In this document: in pieces, positions 38,678 to 40,262 of the stretch
Layout: every line of letters begins with the position of its first letter
Position numbering within the stretch: the stretch's first letter is position 1
Virus record (IMG/VR): IMGVR_UViG_3300017761_005091
Location: 1-40,262 of that record
Origin: a virus
Taxonomy: Duplodnaviria > Caudoviricetes
DNA length: 40,262 nucleotides
Direction: 5' to 3' (one strand)
Translations under genes and position numbers: made by a program
Notes under the pieces: generated by a model
Databases searched by the model: none
What the model saw: the letters and a program-made list of their open reading frames with translations, nothing else
Told to the model about the DNA's origin: nothing

Positions 38678-39053
38678 CTTTAAATTCTTCTTTTTTAAGT
38701 TTGACTTCTTGTTTTCTGTTCTGTTCTGATTTCATCAACTCTAATAATTCCAGATAATCTGCAATATCTTTTCGTTTTTGAATTATCAACTCATATGTTT
38801 GTACTGAAATATCAATATCTGTTTCAATTTTTTGTACAAATAATATGTTCTTTTTAATTTTTTCTTCTAATGCTTTTCTTTTAATCACAAATGTTCCCAA
38901 ATTGGGAACAGCAACAGAGTGATGTTTAGCAGCAGATAATTTTTTTTGCACAGTTTTATAATAGAAAGATATAATTTCATCAATTGTTTGAACAGGTAGA
39001 TCTAAATCTATTGCTGTTTTTTCTACTATTGTTTTACGCTTTATTGGATTCAA
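38661..39053 (-). CDS. HU/IHF-like DNA-binding protein
   Basis: IVEKTA..LDL....IDEII followed by VAVPNLGTF, similar to the HU V.I.GFGTF motif. Confidence 0.6.
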   Translation of the reverse strand: MNPIKRKTIVEKTAIDLDLPVQTIDEIISFYYKTVQKKLSAAKHHSVAVPNLGTFVIKRKALEEKIKKNILFVQKIETDIDISVQTYELIIQKRKDIADYLELLELMKSEQNRKQEVKLKKEEFKDGKSN

Positions 39054-39429
39054 CTGCTAAATAATTATAGTCTAACAATATGTTACCTTTTGAATGCACA
39101 TCAATATTAGGATTCAAGCTAATAACTTTTCTACCAGTCTTAGATTTTACCACAATATTTCTTTTTTCTAATTTGACAATTCTGTTACGTACGTTTTGTG
39201 ACCGTACAGATAAGTCTTCTGGAGCTGTATCAGGATACAATTGTTTTGCAGCATTCATGCAAAAACCTACCAGTTCTATTGGTCCCCACATTACAAGTAA
39301 TATAAGTATGTCTAAATCAGAAGGAATAAGATTTTCTTTTTTAAAGAATACTATTTCTGTTATTAGTTGATACTTTATTACATCCGGAGTAGTGACTCTT
39401 AGTTTCTTAGTTACTTTTTTTACTTCCAT
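39034..39429 (-). CDS. Winged-helix DNA-binding protein
   Basis: SQNVRNRIVKLEKRNIVVK...ISLNP fits a wHTH recognition helix plus wing. Confidence 0.6.
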   Translation of the reverse strand: MEVKKVTKKLRVTTPDVIKYQLITEIVFFKKENLIPSDLDILILLVMWGPIELVGFCMNAAKQLYPDTAPEDLSVRSQNVRNRIVKLEKRNIVVKSKTGRKVISLNPNIDVHSKGNILLDYNYLAVESNKA

Positions 39430-39498
39430 TTCTTCTTCTTCTAATGTTTGTTATTTCATACATATTGTATGATTTTGTACAGAATACTGTACGTTTTG

Positions 39499-39822
39499 TG
39501 GAGGTGAGGGGAGTCGAACCCCTGTCCAAACCATGATCAATAATACAATTTATACAGCTTTTGGGGTCAAGCTCGCTTGACAAATCCACCACTCTGTTTA
39601 ATCTAACAGAGAAATCTCATTAATTTAGGCTGCTACACCAAGAATAACATCCTCATTTAATAATGAGAATACTTTGTTCATGTTAGCTTCGATTTGTGCG
39701 TTGTCTCCTTGAGATACTACACTTAAATTTGCATTGCCATTTATTAAATTCACCTTAGTTTACAGTTATCTCTCTGGCTGATTGTATTACTTACTAATGA
39801 CCTGTCAAAACCAGTCACCCCC
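39499..39822 (-). ncRNA. ssrA: tmRNA (transfer-messenger RNA)
   Basis: 5' GGGGGTGACTGGTTTTGAC; 3' GGACAGGGGTTCGACTCCCCTCACCTCCA. Acceptor stem GGGGGTG/CACCTCC has the G3:U alanine identity pair and an A discriminator. Internal tag frame 39738-39625 follows ATAAAT and ends in VAA*. CCA is not encoded (ACAA). Confidence 0.93.
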
Positions 39823-39826
39823 AGTA

Positions 39827-40021
39827 TTAAGTTCTATCTAAACTTATATTTTTACAAAATCTTATTTCTTTATTATTTAATGTCCATATTTCACCATTAT
39901 CCATTGCACATGTAAATAATAAATCATGCTCTTGTGAATAATCAATAACTAAAAAAGCATATCCTTCCATGTTGTCAGAAACTCTTTTTATAGGTATCAT
40001 TGGGTTTAACTGAACTATCAT
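39827..40021 (-). CDS. Small hypothetical phage protein (64 aa)
   Basis: MIVQLNPMIPIKRV...IDYSQEHDLLF...GEIWT; start moved to 40021 because the longer track ORF runs through the tRNA. Confidence 0.75.
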   Translation of the reverse strand: MIVQLNPMIPIKRVSDNMEGYAFLVIDYSQEHDLLFTCAMDNGEIWTLNNKEIRFCKNISLDRT

Positions 40022-40036
40022 ATAATAAATTTTTAG

Positions 40037-40111
40037 TTGCAGGGGAGGGATTCGAACCCTCGTCATTTGGCGTATGAAACCAAGCTGGAACCAACTCCAG
40101 TCCACCCTACG
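40037..40111 (-). tRNA. tRNA with CAT anticodon (Met, initiator-like)
   Basis: Acceptor CGTAGGG/CCCTGCA with C1:A72 mismatch and A73; anticodon arm TTGGT-TTCATAC-GCCAA; T arm GAGGG-TTCGAAT-CCCTC; CCA not encoded. Confidence 0.88.
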
Positions 40112-40262
40112 ATATGTGTAGTTTTTGTATACCCCCAGAACTACTAACTGTGCCAACCTACGATTTGGAGGACCTCCACGCCAACATTATAAAATGTCTG
40201 TAATCCCTGTCTTCGATCCTGTGTACTTTAGGCTTCTTACTTAGAATACTCGTAATCAAGTA

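Noticed and set aside
376-39370. All plus-strand ORFs and short nested minus-strand ORFs in the track (e.g. 376-621, 549-809, 5131-5463, 24409-24828, 26676-27020, 36985-37392)
   Set aside because: They lie antisense to or out of frame within long, motif-bearing minus-strand genes and show no recognisable motifs; treated as shadow ORFs.
39407-39592. 61-aa ORF MVDLSSELDPK...
   Set aside because: Overlaps the tRNA-like 3' domain of the tmRNA; incidental.
40022-40156. N-terminal extension of ORF 39827-40156
   Set aside because: Runs through the tRNA gene; the ATG at 40021 with an AT-rich leader is the more plausible start.
1-40262. Stop-codon reassignment (TAG or TGA), known in some crAss-like phages
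   Set aside because: Terminase, portal, capsid and tail genes are full-length and tile densely in the standard code; no suppressor tRNA is seen in the window.
1-40262. CRISPR array or diversity-generating retroelement
   Set aside because: No regularly spaced nucleotide repeats, reverse transcriptase, or template/variable repeat pair were seen by eye; the repeats found are at the protein level. A self dot-plot would be needed to exclude this fully.

Overview
AT-rich segment of a large crAss-like (Crassvirales-type) phage that probably infects a Bacteroidota host. All credible genes are on the minus strand, densely packed, and read intact in the standard code with TAA stops. In transcription order (right to left): a possible structured RNA cut by the window edge; tRNA(CAT); a small gene; a tmRNA; small DNA-binding and nuclease genes; terminase, portal, a probable scaffold and the major capsid protein; a structured intergenic RNA; five tiny Lys-rich proteins; head/neck proteins and a Dps/ferritin-like protein; a block of Cys-rich decoration or fibre proteins carrying TSP1, FN3, DUF11-like and beta-propeller modules; a metallophosphoesterase; ring proteins; a 2204-aa tail protein with an inserted vWA domain; and two large putative ejected cargo proteins. 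Main highlights: (1) a 1248-aa protein built of enzyme-like modules, each delimited by a recurring [AM]-[KQ]-x-G-G motif, suggesting a processed polyprotein; (2) a phage tmRNA with a 37-codon tag reading frame; (3) a multi-hairpin, possibly switchable RNA in the capsid operon; (4) animal-type thrombospondin repeats in a virion protein. Family assignments come from motif recognition and gene order only; no database searches were run.
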